A stretch of DNA of 64,000 nt. Origin: an uncultured Candidatus Saccharibacteria bacterium (GTDB lineage Bacteria > Patescibacteriota > Minisyncoccia > CAIUEV01 > JAHKAQ01). How positions within the stretch are numbered: the stretch's first letter is position 1; each line of letters starts with the position of its first letter. Positions 9,948 to 19,647 of this stretch are shown piece after piece. The DNA is taken from NCBI GenBank assembly GCA_964598205.1, contig CAZRBB010000002.1, positions 52,459-116,458 on the forward strand, read 5' to 3'. The notes below the pieces were generated by a model, which was given only the letters and a program-made list of their open reading frames with translations, had not been told where the DNA came from and ran no database searches. The translations under genes were made by a program, and so were the position numbers.

Positions 9948-9972
9948 AAATCATCAAAGCTTAAACAAAACA

Positions 9973-10452
9973 ATGAATGTAAACAAAGTCATCCTCGTAG
10001 GAAGATTAACCAAGGAGCCAGAAGCAAGAACTACTGCATCTGGTAAATCAGTCACCTCTCTTTCCTTGGCTACTAGCCAGAATTGGAAAGATGCGTCTGG
10101 TAATCGTCAAGAAAAGACCGAGTTTCACGATGTAGTGCTCTGGGGGAAGGTGGCAGAAATTGCTGCTCAGTACTTAATTAAGGGGCAAGAGGTTTATTTA
10201 GAAGGCCGGTTAGAAACTAGAAACTGGGAAGGGAAAGACGGGGTTAGAAGATACAAAACAGAAGTTGTTCTTAGTGGGCTAGACGGTAAAATGCAAATGG
10301 GATCCAAACCAAGAGGTGCAATGGGAAGCAGTGGAGAAGCGGCTGGTGGATCATTTAACAAGAAGCCTAGCTATCAAAAAGAATCTCCTGCACCAACAGA
10401 CAGCGATGAAGACGAAGAAGAAGAAATCAAGATAGAAGATATCCCCTTTTAA
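9973..10452 (+). CDS. ssb: Single-stranded DNA-binding protein
   Basis: NKVILVGRLT, TEFHDVVLWG and acidic tail EDIPF. Confidence 0.97.
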   Translation: MNVNKVILVGRLTKEPEARTTASGKSVTSLSLATSQNWKDASGNRQEKTEFHDVVLWGKVAEIAAQYLIKGQEVYLEGRLETRNWEGKDGVRRYKTEVVLSGLDGKMQMGSKPRGAMGSSGEAAGGSFNKKPSYQKESPAPTDSDEDEEEEIKIEDIPF

Positions 10453-10526
10453 TTTTTGATTACGAATTTTTAATTTTGAATAAGAGCGTTTATAATTTTC
10501 AATTAATAATTTTGAGTTTTTGAACC

Positions 10527-10751
10527 ATGGAAAACAACCTGAGATTGCTAAAAAAAGAGTGTTACCTTTGTGAAAACAAACTAGAAAAAATAGACTACAA
10601 GGACACTAACTTATTGCAAAAATTTATTACACCTCAAGGAAAGATTAGACCACCAAGAAAAACAGCCCTTTGCGCTAAACACCAACGCTTGGTAGCAAAG
10701 ACGGTAAAACGAGCTCGCTCAATAGCTCTCTTGCCTTTTGTTAAAGACTAA
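10527..10751 (+). CDS. rpsR: 30S ribosomal protein S18
   Basis: CYLC, IDYKD, GKIRP.RKT..CAKHQR and ARSIALLPF motifs. Confidence 0.96.
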   Translation: MENNLRLLKKECYLCENKLEKIDYKDTNLLQKFITPQGKIRPPRKTALCAKHQRLVAKTVKRARSIALLPFVKD

Positions 10752-10907
10752 GATAAGGATTGCGTAAAAATTGAAAGCTCTGACAAATGTTTGTGTAAAT
10801 AAATCTAAAAACTTATTTGCTCTTAACTTTCCCGTGAAGGTTTTTAAAATAGATACTAATTCTAATTATTATTGGTAAATTGTTTTTGAAATTAACCTAG
10901 AAGAAAA

Positions 10908-11468
10908 ATGCTAGAAATAAAAAAAATTAGACCAGGAGATAAGCTAACTATTAAAGGTGACCCTTACGAGGTTCTAAAAACGGTTTTTTCTAAAATCGGT
11001 CGCCAGGGAGCGGTTCTTAGAACTAGATTAAAAAATCTAAAAAACGGTGCAGTTTCCAACTCTACCTTTAGAGATTCAGATAAGCTAGAAGAAGCAGATA
11101 TTTCTAGAAGCAAAGCTCAATTTCTTTACAAAGAAGAAGGCGCTTGCTGTTTTATGGATAAAAAAACTTTTGATCAATTTTCCCTAAGCGACGAAGCTTT
11201 GGGGAATCAAGTTTATTTTCTAAAAGAAGGTGGAGAGGTAGAAGTGGTTTACTATCAAGGAAAACCAATAAACTTAGACTTGCCGATTAAACTCATTTTA
11301 AAAGTCACAGAAGCTCCTCCAGAAATAAAAGGCAACACCGCCGATGGCGGTAGTAAAAAAATAAAGTTAGAAACCGGTTATGAATTGAACGCTCCTCTAT
11401 TTATTAAAGAGGGAGATTTGATCAAAGTTAATACTAGAGAAGGTAATTATGTAGAGCGAGCATCTTAA
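10908..11468 (+). CDS. efp: Elongation factor P
   Basis: KGNTA, LETG, PLFIKEGD..KVNTREGNYVERA; the loop is KIGRQG with Arg32. Confidence 0.95.
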   Translation: MLEIKKIRPGDKLTIKGDPYEVLKTVFSKIGRQGAVLRTRLKNLKNGAVSNSTFRDSDKLEEADISRSKAQFLYKEEGACCFMDKKTFDQFSLSDEALGNQVYFLKEGGEVEVVYYQGKPINLDLPIKLILKVTEAPPEIKGNTADGGSKKIKLETGYELNAPLFIKEGDLIKVNTREGNYVERAS

Positions 11469-11479
11469 AAGACTATTCT

Positions 11480-12541
11480 TTAAAGGCCTCTTTTAAGAGA
11501 ATAAAGACCGTCCGCTTTCTTGGAAAACAAATCAGTTCTTTGAAGATTTAAAATCACTGTTTCTGGTTTTACTTTTCTTTGTTTTAGTGTCTCTTTGAGT
11601 AAAAAATCTTTAGTAAGAGGGTTTTTGTTTTCTTTCATTATTTTTACCAAAACATCAGCAACGGTTCCTGAACTGTAGTTCCATTCTTTTAATGCGTAAA
11701 TTCCTCTACCAATTAACACAAAACGCTTATCTCTTATTAATTCATTATGTACCGTTGCTTGGCAAACTTTTTTGGAATTAAAGCCCCAGCTATTAACCTT
11801 TTCTGCCGCTTCGGAAAAATGCATTGGTCCGCCAGTTTTTTTGAATACCAAATAAATTTTATCCCTTACTCCCCTTAGTCTTATTTGAGGCCAATAACTT
11901 AGTCCCCATCTGCCTAAAATATTGGCTTCTATTTCTAAGGGAATTTCTACTAATGCCGAACACACTTCTTCTGGTAATTTACCAAATTCCTTACTTTCTT
12001 TAAGAATAGACAGGAGTTTTTTTAGGGAAACCGGTTTTTTGATTTTTAAAAGCTCGGCAATTAAATACTCTTTTAATCTTGGCAATCTGTCTAAATCTGC
12101 CCCTTTTAAATACCAGGCCTTTTTATAAAACCTTACCTTTTTAAGAGGTAGAAAATGGTTGCCGGCAGTAAGCAATAAGACTAGCGAACGCCTTTCGGTT
12201 TCGTTTAATCTCTTTTTTTTAAATTCTTTAAAAATTCTTTCTTCTCTAACTATTCCTTGGTAACTTTCTAAAAATTTAACAAGCTCCTTTAGTAAAATAA
12301 AAAGAGGTCCTTTTTTGCGACCTTCTTTTCTAATTCTTTTTAACGCTTCGTTTTCTATTTGACGAACTCTTTCTCTGGTAATTAAAAAATCAGAACCAAT
12401 CGCTTCTAAGGTTTCTGGTGCGCTTTCTTTTAAACCAAAACGCCGCTCAACTATTTCTTGAGTTCTAATGTTGGGGATTCTTTGAATAGCCGAGAAAATA
12501 CTCTCCACAATTAGGGGATTTTTCTTTAAAGCGGTAGCCAT
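11480..12541 (-). CDS. Sigma region 4-like HTH protein with C-terminal HARE/HB1-type HTH (CPR-common)
   Basis: RRFGL...TLEAIG..F.ITRERVRQIE at the N-terminus; TVHNELIRDKRFVLIGRGIYALKEW at the C-terminus. Confidence 0.8.
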   Translation of the reverse strand: MATALKKNPLIVESIFSAIQRIPNIRTQEIVERRFGLKESAPETLEAIGSDFLITRERVRQIENEALKRIRKEGRKKGPLFILLKELVKFLESYQGIVREERIFKEFKKKRLNETERRSLVLLLTAGNHFLPLKKVRFYKKAWYLKGADLDRLPRLKEYLIAELLKIKKPVSLKKLLSILKESKEFGKLPEEVCSALVEIPLEIEANILGRWGLSYWPQIRLRGVRDKIYLVFKKTGGPMHFSEAAEKVNSWGFNSKKVCQATVHNELIRDKRFVLIGRGIYALKEWNYSSGTVADVLVKIMKENKNPLTKDFLLKETLKQRKVKPETVILNLQRTDLFSKKADGLYSLKRGL

Positions 12542-12635
12542 TAATTTAGATTTTTTCTTATAAAAACAAAAACCTCGAATGAGGCTTAATACAATAACAG
12601 TAAAAGCTTATTATGTCAAGACAAAGGGCCTTCTT

Positions 12636-13706
12636 TTAGTGAGAGCTCCGAAAAACCTTTTGCGCTTCTTCCCAAAACTCTGGACGATTATGTTTTTCTT
12701 TTAACCAGTACCACCACTCTGCTCCCCAAAGATAGACTTCTGGGAACCCCACCTCTTCGGCGTACTCTATATTTTCTTTGAATTGAGCAAAACTCATTGA
12801 TTTTTCCTGCTCTTCTAGTGGAGTTTCGTAGGGTTGTTTTGGCCCCCAACTCTCCCCTTGTAATTCAATAACAATGATTGGCTTTTTGGGATAAAGAATT
12901 CGCACTAAATTGGCCTTGGCCCAAAAGAAGCGAGGTGGCAATGGATATTTAAAGTGCCCCCAATAATCATTCCAAATAACCCGATACATAGTAGTCCCAA
13001 AAATATCTCCCCTTTTGGCGGCAGGAATCCAGGTGCTCAATTCGCCACTGTCGGTGACTAAAATTTTTCTTTCGGGATCATGCTTTCTTACTAGGTCAAT
13101 TTCTTTGTCTAAAAATTTTACATCTAGTGGCGGACATTCCCCGAATTTTAAGAAAGGCTCATTTTCTACCTGCCAATAGTGGAGATTGGAATAATTTTTG
13201 TAACGATCAACTGTTTTAGAAATTAGATCCAAAACTTTAGATTGTTGCATTGATTCATTTTCTTTTTGGGCCCAAGAAGGAACATGACATTCTGGCCAAC
13301 GAGGAGTTTTTCGCCCAACTACCAAGACTACTTTTATTTTTCTATCTCTAGCTTCTTTAAGCATCCAGTCGTAATCGGAGAAATTATAAGCACCCGGTTC
13401 TTTTTCTACCGATGACCAGTAAACCGGGATTCTTACAAACCTAGGCTTTAGCTCGTCTAGGATAGCCAAATAGGTTTTTTGCCAATCAAGATCCGATAAT
13501 TCGGCAAAAGTGGGAGAAAAGGTTATTCCCCAGCGAATCTCTTCGGCTGGGACAAGCCAGCTCGGTCTCCTGGTCATCCAGCCTCCAACCAACAACACAA
13601 AAACAAGAAGAAAGAAAAAGATTTTTTTTCCGCTTCTCTTTTTGGGAATTTCTTCTTCGTCTATAATTTCCTGCTCTTCCTCTTTTTTCTTTTTTTTCTT
13701 CTTCAT
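12636..13706 (-). CDS. Membrane-anchored clan GH-A glycoside hydrolase (beta-galactosidase-like)
   Basis: N-terminal TM anchor; RIPVYW, KTPRWPECHVP, WQVENEP (acid/base) and IELQGESW (nucleophile). Confidence 0.75.
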   Translation of the reverse strand: MKKKKKKKEEEQEIIDEEEIPKKRSGKKIFFFLLVFVLLVGGWMTRRPSWLVPAEEIRWGITFSPTFAELSDLDWQKTYLAILDELKPRFVRIPVYWSSVEKEPGAYNFSDYDWMLKEARDRKIKVVLVVGRKTPRWPECHVPSWAQKENESMQQSKVLDLISKTVDRYKNYSNLHYWQVENEPFLKFGECPPLDVKFLDKEIDLVRKHDPERKILVTDSGELSTWIPAAKRGDIFGTTMYRVIWNDYWGHFKYPLPPRFFWAKANLVRILYPKKPIIVIELQGESWGPKQPYETPLEEQEKSMSFAQFKENIEYAEEVGFPEVYLWGAEWWYWLKEKHNRPEFWEEAQKVFRSSH

Positions 13707-13727
13707 TTTTTTGTTTGAATAAAACAG

Positions 13728-14990
13728 TTAGAGATAGAAGCCATTATTTTGGGCAATCTTTCCATAAACTAAAGCACTTTTTCTAACGGTGCGTTTTTGT
13801 GTTTTATAATCTACAGCTACTAAGCCAAATCGCGTCCAAAAACCCTTATCCCATTCAAAATTATCTAAAAAAGACCAATAGAAATAGCCCCTCACCGGAA
13901 CTCCTTCTTTGATTGCTTTATTGATCCAGTAAAGATGGTCTTTAATAAAACGAGTTCGTTTTTGATCAAAAGCGTCGGCTAAACCGTTTTCTGTAATGTA
14001 GATTGGTAGTTTATATTTTTTTAAATCCATTAAGACTCGGTAAATTCCTTTGGGATAAATCTCCCAACCCATGTCTGACCCCTTGGGAAAAACATTCTTC
14101 TTTTGAACATTAAAAGAAGAAACCAAAAAACGAAAGTAATATTGAACTGCCAAAAAATCTCCCCTAAAGGAGCGGATAAAAATTTCGTTACCCAAAAATT
14201 TAAAGAATCGCGTTAAAAGACGGGCCTTAATGGAAGTTGAAGGAGACGGCTCCCAACAACCTAAATTATGAGAAGTGGCTACCAGTGAATGCTGATTATT
14301 TTGATGAATTAATTTGTAGGCTTGCCAGTGAGCTTTTTTTAAATTATTAAACGCCTTAATTAAGCTAAGCAAATTTCTTTTTTGGTTAGGCCACTCTCCC
14401 CTACCACCAAACCCTTTAGCAAGAACTATCCCTGGCTCATTAAAAATAAGCCAATAAGAACAATAATTGCCCAAATGCTTTAAGACAAAAGCGGTATATT
14501 GGGAAAAATATTTTACAAAATGAGGATTTTCTAAACCACCTTTTTGGGAGAGCCATTGCGGTATTGTCCAGTGGCAAAGGGTAATCCAAGGTTCAATACC
14601 TTTTTGGGAAAGGCTTTTTAAGATTTCTTGGTAATGCTTAACGGCTTTGATGCTGAATTTATTTTCTTTAGGCATTAAACGCGACCATTCCAAGGAAAGT
14701 CGATAAGCTTTTAAATTAAGATCTTTCATTAAAGAAAAATCTTCTTCAAATTTTTGATAATGGTCAGTTGCTACCCCTGAGCAATAGTTAGCAGGATCTT
14801 TTATTTTGGGAAATTTTTCTAGTTGCTCTTTTTTAAATTCTTTACCGGCCTCCCTGGCTAATCGGTCAGTGTTTTCTTTTTCCCAAAAAGACCAGTCATT
14901 ATTCTCTCCGCCTTCTATTTGATAAGCAGAAGTGGCGCTCCCCCATAAAAAATCAACGGGAAATTCAATTTTATTTTTAGAATGGCGCAT
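13728..14990 (-). CDS. Glycoside hydrolase family 1 (beta-glucosidase)
   Basis: FLWGSATSAYQIEG, YRLSLEWSR, FNEP, YITENG and WSFLDNFEW motifs. Confidence 0.93.
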   Translation of the reverse strand: MRHSKNKIEFPVDFLWGSATSAYQIEGGENNDWSFWEKENTDRLAREAGKEFKKEQLEKFPKIKDPANYCSGVATDHYQKFEEDFSLMKDLNLKAYRLSLEWSRLMPKENKFSIKAVKHYQEILKSLSQKGIEPWITLCHWTIPQWLSQKGGLENPHFVKYFSQYTAFVLKHLGNYCSYWLIFNEPGIVLAKGFGGRGEWPNQKRNLLSLIKAFNNLKKAHWQAYKLIHQNNQHSLVATSHNLGCWEPSPSTSIKARLLTRFFKFLGNEIFIRSFRGDFLAVQYYFRFLVSSFNVQKKNVFPKGSDMGWEIYPKGIYRVLMDLKKYKLPIYITENGLADAFDQKRTRFIKDHLYWINKAIKEGVPVRGYFYWSFLDNFEWDKGFWTRFGLVAVDYKTQKRTVRKSALVYGKIAQNNGFYL

Positions 14991-14996
14991 AAAAGG

Positions 14997-16163
14997 TTAG
15001 TTTAGGCTTTCTGCCAAGGAGTTGTATTCCTTAACTAATCGATTGTACTGGGTCACTTCTTGATTATAGGTACTGACTGATTTTTGAACACTAAGAGAAA
15101 GTTCGTTATATTCGCCAACCAATTGATTATAATTTTCAAAATCGTTGCGTGCTTTATATTCGCTTAGCTTTTCTCCTAATTTTTTTAGCTGATCTTCTAG
15201 GCGACTGGTCTCCTTCTTTAAGGCTTCTAGTTCTTTTTTGTTTTTTTCTAAAGTATTGCCGGTAAATTGAAGCTGATTGATTTGTTCTATGGTGATCGCT
15301 ATTCTGGAATAAGTTTTTCCTTGTGAAATCTGATAAATTTTTGGATCTTCTAGTTTTTTATATTTTTCTTCGGAAAGATTGCCAGGAAAGCCAGAAGAAG
15401 AGAGTGCCTGATTATTCTCTGAGCTAAGGTAGGGAACGATCCCAATCTTATGACCAGAAGAAGTGGTTTCGGTAAAACAAAAACCACTTTTCTCTGTAGA
15501 ATATTCTTGGGGACATTTTATTCCGACCGCCATATGATTGGCTTTATCGTATTCCAAGAGAGCAACGGAATACCCTAGCTCCCTAACAATCCTCCAAAGA
15601 AGAAAACTTTTATCGGAACAAATCCCCTTCTTTTGATAAAGCACTTCGTAAGGATAATGGGGCTTTTCTTCTTTATTTTCGGAAAGCACTTTGGCGGCAG
15701 TTGCTTCGTCGTAAGGAATTGCTTGAACAAAAGCTACTGCAAGTTCTAGCGTTTCTTCTTCTTTTAAATTATTTTTTTGAGCTAAGCTCTTTAGATTGTT
15801 AACTAGCTCTTTAATGGAGTCATCGCCATTAATGGAACGGATAAAAATGCCATAGTAGTTTTCTTCCCAGCCCAAGGGGAGTTCTCCTAAATAGTAAAAA
15901 GATTTTTCCTGATTAACAAAAAATTGATAAGTCGATTCGTAAAAAGTTTGAGTAAAGTTGTAAAGCTTTCCAGCATAGGACCATTCAAAATAGACTTGAT
16001 GGGGGGTTTTTGGGAAGGGGGCAACGGTGCTGGCTAATTTCTTTTGGTAAACAAGCTCTTGAATACCAGAGAAAGCGCTCGGATTAAAAACAAATTCTAA
16101 GGTCAAGAAGCAAAGAACTAGGGAAAAGAGGTAAAAAGAAAAACGAAGGATTTTTTTAAACAT
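14997..16163 (-). CDS. Exported transglutaminase-like protein with C-terminal coiled coil
   Basis: FVQAIPY, PYEVL...GICSDKS (Cys), NHMAVG (His) and TETT motifs; N-terminal TM segment. Confidence 0.65.
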   Translation of the reverse strand: MFKKILRFSFYLFSLVLCFLTLEFVFNPSAFSGIQELVYQKKLASTVAPFPKTPHQVYFEWSYAGKLYNFTQTFYESTYQFFVNQEKSFYYLGELPLGWEENYYGIFIRSINGDDSIKELVNNLKSLAQKNNLKEEETLELAVAFVQAIPYDEATAAKVLSENKEEKPHYPYEVLYQKKGICSDKSFLLWRIVRELGYSVALLEYDKANHMAVGIKCPQEYSTEKSGFCFTETTSSGHKIGIVPYLSSENNQALSSSGFPGNLSEEKYKKLEDPKIYQISQGKTYSRIAITIEQINQLQFTGNTLEKNKKELEALKKETSRLEDQLKKLGEKLSEYKARNDFENYNQLVGEYNELSLSVQKSVSTYNQEVTQYNRLVKEYNSLAESLN

Positions 16164-16208
16164 ATTGGCTGATTCTATTTACTATTTTTTTTTATATGCT
16201 AGAATTTA

Positions 16209-16317
16209 TTTGCCTAGTAACAAGTAATTGTTCAATAGGCAATCTAGGATCGTAGAGACCAAAGGAGCAAATGACCTCCCTCAGGATTTTTAATCCTTCT
16301 CTCTACGATCCTTTTTT
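16209..16317. other. Structured intergenic element (hairpin plus three-way junction) at the leuS 3' end
   Basis: 13-bp closing stem AGGATCGTAGAGA/TCTCTACGATCCT encloses two small hairpins. An adjacent TTGCCTA...TAGGCAA hairpin lies to the left. Confidence 0.5.
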
Positions 16318-18809
16318 CAAATTACTAAATTCAACACTCTTCCTTTTAGGTAAATCGTTTTTTTAATCTTGCTACTCCCAATAAACTTTTTTATTTTAAG
16401 ATCGGCAAGGGCCAAGCTCAAGGCCTCTTCTTCGCTGGTTTCTGTGGCCATTAAAAGAAGAGATCGCATTTTTCCGTTAATTTGAACTACTAACTTTACC
16501 TCTTTCTCTAAAAGAAAAGCAGGATCGGCCTTAGGCCAAGAAGTTTTAAAAACGGAATCTTTTTCTCCTAACAAATGCCAGAATTCTTCTGCTAAGTGAG
16601 GAGCAAAGGGACCAATCAAAACTGCCAGCGTTTTACAAAAACCCAAAGTTTGGGCAACAGAAAGGTTGGCACCATCTTTGTAGTACCAATTAACCAGCTC
16701 CATAATTTTGGCAATGGCCGTATTGAATCTTAGTTCTAAAAGTTCGGTAGTAACCCCTTTAATTGTTTTATGAAAGAAGGTTGCATTGGGCAATGTTGCA
16801 GTTTTGGGATCCGTTTTTTTGCCTGATTGATTAGCTAAAAATTCTTCGTAAATTCTAAAAACTCTTTTTAGGAACCTAGAAATACCAGCAATCCCGGCGT
16901 CTTTCCAATCGCCACCTTGCCGAACATCTCCTAAAAACATTAGGTACATGCGGACGCTATCGGCACCGAATTTTTCTAAATATTCATCTGGATTAACTAC
17001 ATTGCCTTTAGATTTGCTCATTTTGGCACCATCCTTAATTACCAAACCGTGACCAAAAAATCTTTTAAATGGTTCTTCGAATTCGCAATAGCCAAAATCA
17101 TAAAGCACCATTGTGATAAAACGAGAATACAGTAAGTGAAGAACGGTATGTTCCTTACCGCCAATATACATATCAATTGGCATCCACTTTTTAATCATTT
17201 CCTTGTTTAAGGCCTCTTTTTTGTTTTCGGTGCTTAAGTAGCGAAAAAAATACCAAGCCGAATCTACAAAGGGATCAGAAACATCGGTTTCTCGTTGGGC
17301 TTTGCCACCACAAGTAGGACAAATTGTGTTTACAAAATCGGGGACTTTATTGAGCGGTCCTTTTCCGGAACCGTCTGGATGAAAATCTTCTAGATTGGGT
17401 AATTCTACTGGTAAATCTTTTTCTGGTACTGGCACCCAACCGCATTTTTTGCAGTGGATCATGGGAATTGGTGGTCCCCAATATCGTTGCCGAGAAACAC
17501 ACCAGTCTCGGAGTTTATAGTCGATTGATTTTTGGCCACAATTATTTTCTCCTAACCAAGTAATAATTTTTTTCTTGGCCTTTTTAGTTTCTAGTCCGTT
17601 TAAGAAACCGGAATTAATAGCTATCCCCTCCCCACTAAAAACTGCTTTTTGTTCTTGGGATTGTTGATTTTTAGAAGTTGTTTCTTCTACCACCGTAATG
17701 ATTGGTAGCTTATATTTCTGGGCAAAATCCCAATCTCGTTCATCGTGGGCGGGAACGGCCATGATTGCTCCAGTGCCATAACCAGAAAGAACATAGTCAG
17801 CTACAAAAATGGGAATTTCTTTTTGATTCACTGGATTAACTGCCAAAACCCCATCTAGCAATACGCCAGTTTTTATTTTCTCTCCGCTTTTTCTTTCTTG
17901 TTCAGTCTTTTTTAAGGAAGTTTCTAAATATTTTTCTACAGCCTTTTTGTTCTTTAGTGCTGGCAATAATTCCTGAATTAAAGAATGTTCTGGCGAAAGC
18001 ACTAAGTAAGTTGCCCCAAACAAAGTGTCTGGCCGGGTAGTGAAGACGGTAATTTTTGGATTTTTATCTTTAAGCTGATCCTTGGCTTTATTTCGAAATT
18101 CAAAATTGGAAATTTGAAATTCAACAAGCGCTCCTTCGGATCGGCCAATCCAATTTTTTTGATTTAGGGCTACGTCACTCGGCCAATTGATCCATTCTAA
18201 ATTTTTAAGCAACCGATCGGCATATTTAGTAATAGCAAAAAACCATTGTTCGGCTTTTTTCCGTTCTACAAAACTATCGCAACGCTCACAACGACCGGCA
18301 ATTACCTGTTCATCGGAAAGGACTGTTTTACAACTAGGGCACCAATTGACCGGCGACTTTTTGCGGTAAGCCAAGTCTTTTTGATACATCTTTAAAAAAA
18401 GCCACTGAGTAAACTGGTAATAGTCTTTGGAATAAGTTTCTAGGTGACGATTCGGATCATATTGATTGCCAATTAAGCCTAGTTGCCCGTAAAACTTTTT
18501 TTCTGTCCGAGCCGAAACGACTTTAATATGTTCCTTGATTTTAATGGCGTAATTTTCACTGTGAATACCAAAACCATCCAAGCCAATCGGTTCAAATACC
18601 GAATATCCCTGAAGTCTTTGAAATCGTCCCCAAGCGTCAGAATGCACAAAAGCGTAAACATTGCCTACATGCAAGCCTTCGGCCGAAGGGTAGGGAAACA
18701 TCATTAAGTTGTAGTAGGGGTTTTTGGCTTTTTCTAAATCTGGAGAATAGAGCTGTGTTTTTTGCCAATAATCCCGCCAATGCGCTTCTATCTTTTGGTG
18801 ATCGTACAT
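16317..18809 (-). CDS. leuS: Leucine--tRNA ligase
   Basis: MFPYPS..LHVGN (HIGH), TTRPDT and GTGAIMAVPAHDERD (CP1 editing), KMSKS. Confidence 0.97.
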   Translation of the reverse strand: MYDHQKIEAHWRDYWQKTQLYSPDLEKAKNPYYNLMMFPYPSAEGLHVGNVYAFVHSDAWGRFQRLQGYSVFEPIGLDGFGIHSENYAIKIKEHIKVVSARTEKKFYGQLGLIGNQYDPNRHLETYSKDYYQFTQWLFLKMYQKDLAYRKKSPVNWCPSCKTVLSDEQVIAGRCERCDSFVERKKAEQWFFAITKYADRLLKNLEWINWPSDVALNQKNWIGRSEGALVEFQISNFEFRNKAKDQLKDKNPKITVFTTRPDTLFGATYLVLSPEHSLIQELLPALKNKKAVEKYLETSLKKTEQERKSGEKIKTGVLLDGVLAVNPVNQKEIPIFVADYVLSGYGTGAIMAVPAHDERDWDFAQKYKLPIITVVEETTSKNQQSQEQKAVFSGEGIAINSGFLNGLETKKAKKKIITWLGENNCGQKSIDYKLRDWCVSRQRYWGPPIPMIHCKKCGWVPVPEKDLPVELPNLEDFHPDGSGKGPLNKVPDFVNTICPTCGGKAQRETDVSDPFVDSAWYFFRYLSTENKKEALNKEMIKKWMPIDMYIGGKEHTVLHLLYSRFITMVLYDFGYCEFEEPFKRFFGHGLVIKDGAKMSKSKGNVVNPDEYLEKFGADSVRMYLMFLGDVRQGGDWKDAGIAGISRFLKRVFRIYEEFLANQSGKKTDPKTATLPNATFFHKTIKGVTTELLELRFNTAIAKIMELVNWYYKDGANLSVAQTLGFCKTLAVLIGPFAPHLAEEFWHLLGEKDSVFKTSWPKADPAFLLEKEVKLVVQINGKMRSLLLMATETSEEEALSLALADLKIKKFIGSSKIKKTIYLKGRVLNLVI

Positions 18810-18889
18810 GAAAAGAAAAATAATTTACTTCCTTTAAAATAGCAAAAAGGGAAGGAAAAGAAAGGGGGGCGTTTCTATTGCTACTGCTT

Positions 18890-19044
18890 TAATTCAAATT
18901 ATAGATAACTTTTATTGGGGGACTCTCGATTTTTTCCTGCGAAAAATCTCGCTAGAATATTGAAAAAATTTCCAAAATATATTTTGGAACCAAGCAATTT
19001 TTTCAATATACTCCCCCAATAAAAGTTATCTACAATTTGAATTA
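18890..19044. repeat. Nested long inverted-repeat element (GGAGTA type)
   Basis: About 33-bp arms TAATTCAAATT(A/G)TAGATAACTTTTATTGGGGGA with one mismatch, enclosing inner hairpins. Confidence 0.8.
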
Positions 19045-19091
19045 TTTTTCCTTGCGAATAGGACTCTGCTTGGGAAGACGATAAATAAATT

Positions 19092-19124
19092 AAGAGGGTG
19101 TCTTCCGAAGAAGAACACCCTCTT
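19092..19124 (-). terminator. Intrinsic terminator-like hairpin
   Basis: AAGAGGGTGTCTTC-CGAA-GAAGAACACCCTCTT, downstream of 19223..19531. Confidence 0.55.
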
Positions 19125-19222
19125 GTGTTGTGCCAAATTATTGGCGAATTTACGCCTTGGACTTATTGGCTAAAAATTTTTTCCGAAAAAGAGCATTTTT
19201 TGTTTTAAGAAGTTGGCAGTAA

Positions 19223-19531
19223 TCAGCCGCCGCCTTGTCCCTGACGACCACGGCCATTAAAAAAGGCGCATTCAAGGTCTTCTTTGCTAAGAGAACAGGT
19301 GCCCCTGCCCTGTTTTTCGTGCTCTCTCTTCTCTTCATTTAAAATTTCTGCAGTGCATTTCCTGCAGAGAACTTTTCTGGAGTAGAATAGTTCTCCAGAA
19401 TTTTGGCGATTAAGACACTTTACGCCAAAATTATTGCTGGGGCACCCGTCGCAAAATGTCCAGTCATTATTCTCTCCGCCAAGGCACGCTAATACGCCTT
19501 GACAAGAAAAACACAAAGCTATTTTCGTCAT
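19223..19531 (-). CDS. Small Cys-rich hypothetical protein (10 Cys, three CxxC)
   Basis: GGAGG Shine-Dalgarno 7 nt before the ATG; TTGACA-17-CAAACT upstream. Confidence 0.55.
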   Translation of the reverse strand: MTKIALCFSCQGVLACLGGENNDWTFCDGCPSNNFGVKCLNRQNSGELFYSRKVLCRKCTAEILNEEKREHEKQGRGTCSLSKEDLECAFFNGRGRQGQGGG

Positions 19532-19647
19532 GATTTTTCCTCCCTCTAAATAGAGTTGTTTTTTTGCTAGTGCAAGAACGCAATGCTTTCTTGCCAGCCG
19601 TTAAGTTTGCTGATTAAAAAGAGTATTGTCAACCCCAAGTAAGAAGA

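Noticed and set aside
2886-18809. lysS and leuS as members of the aaRS cluster
   Set aside because: Both sit in backbone-composition housekeeping context, far from the AT-richer operons, and have canonical motifs.
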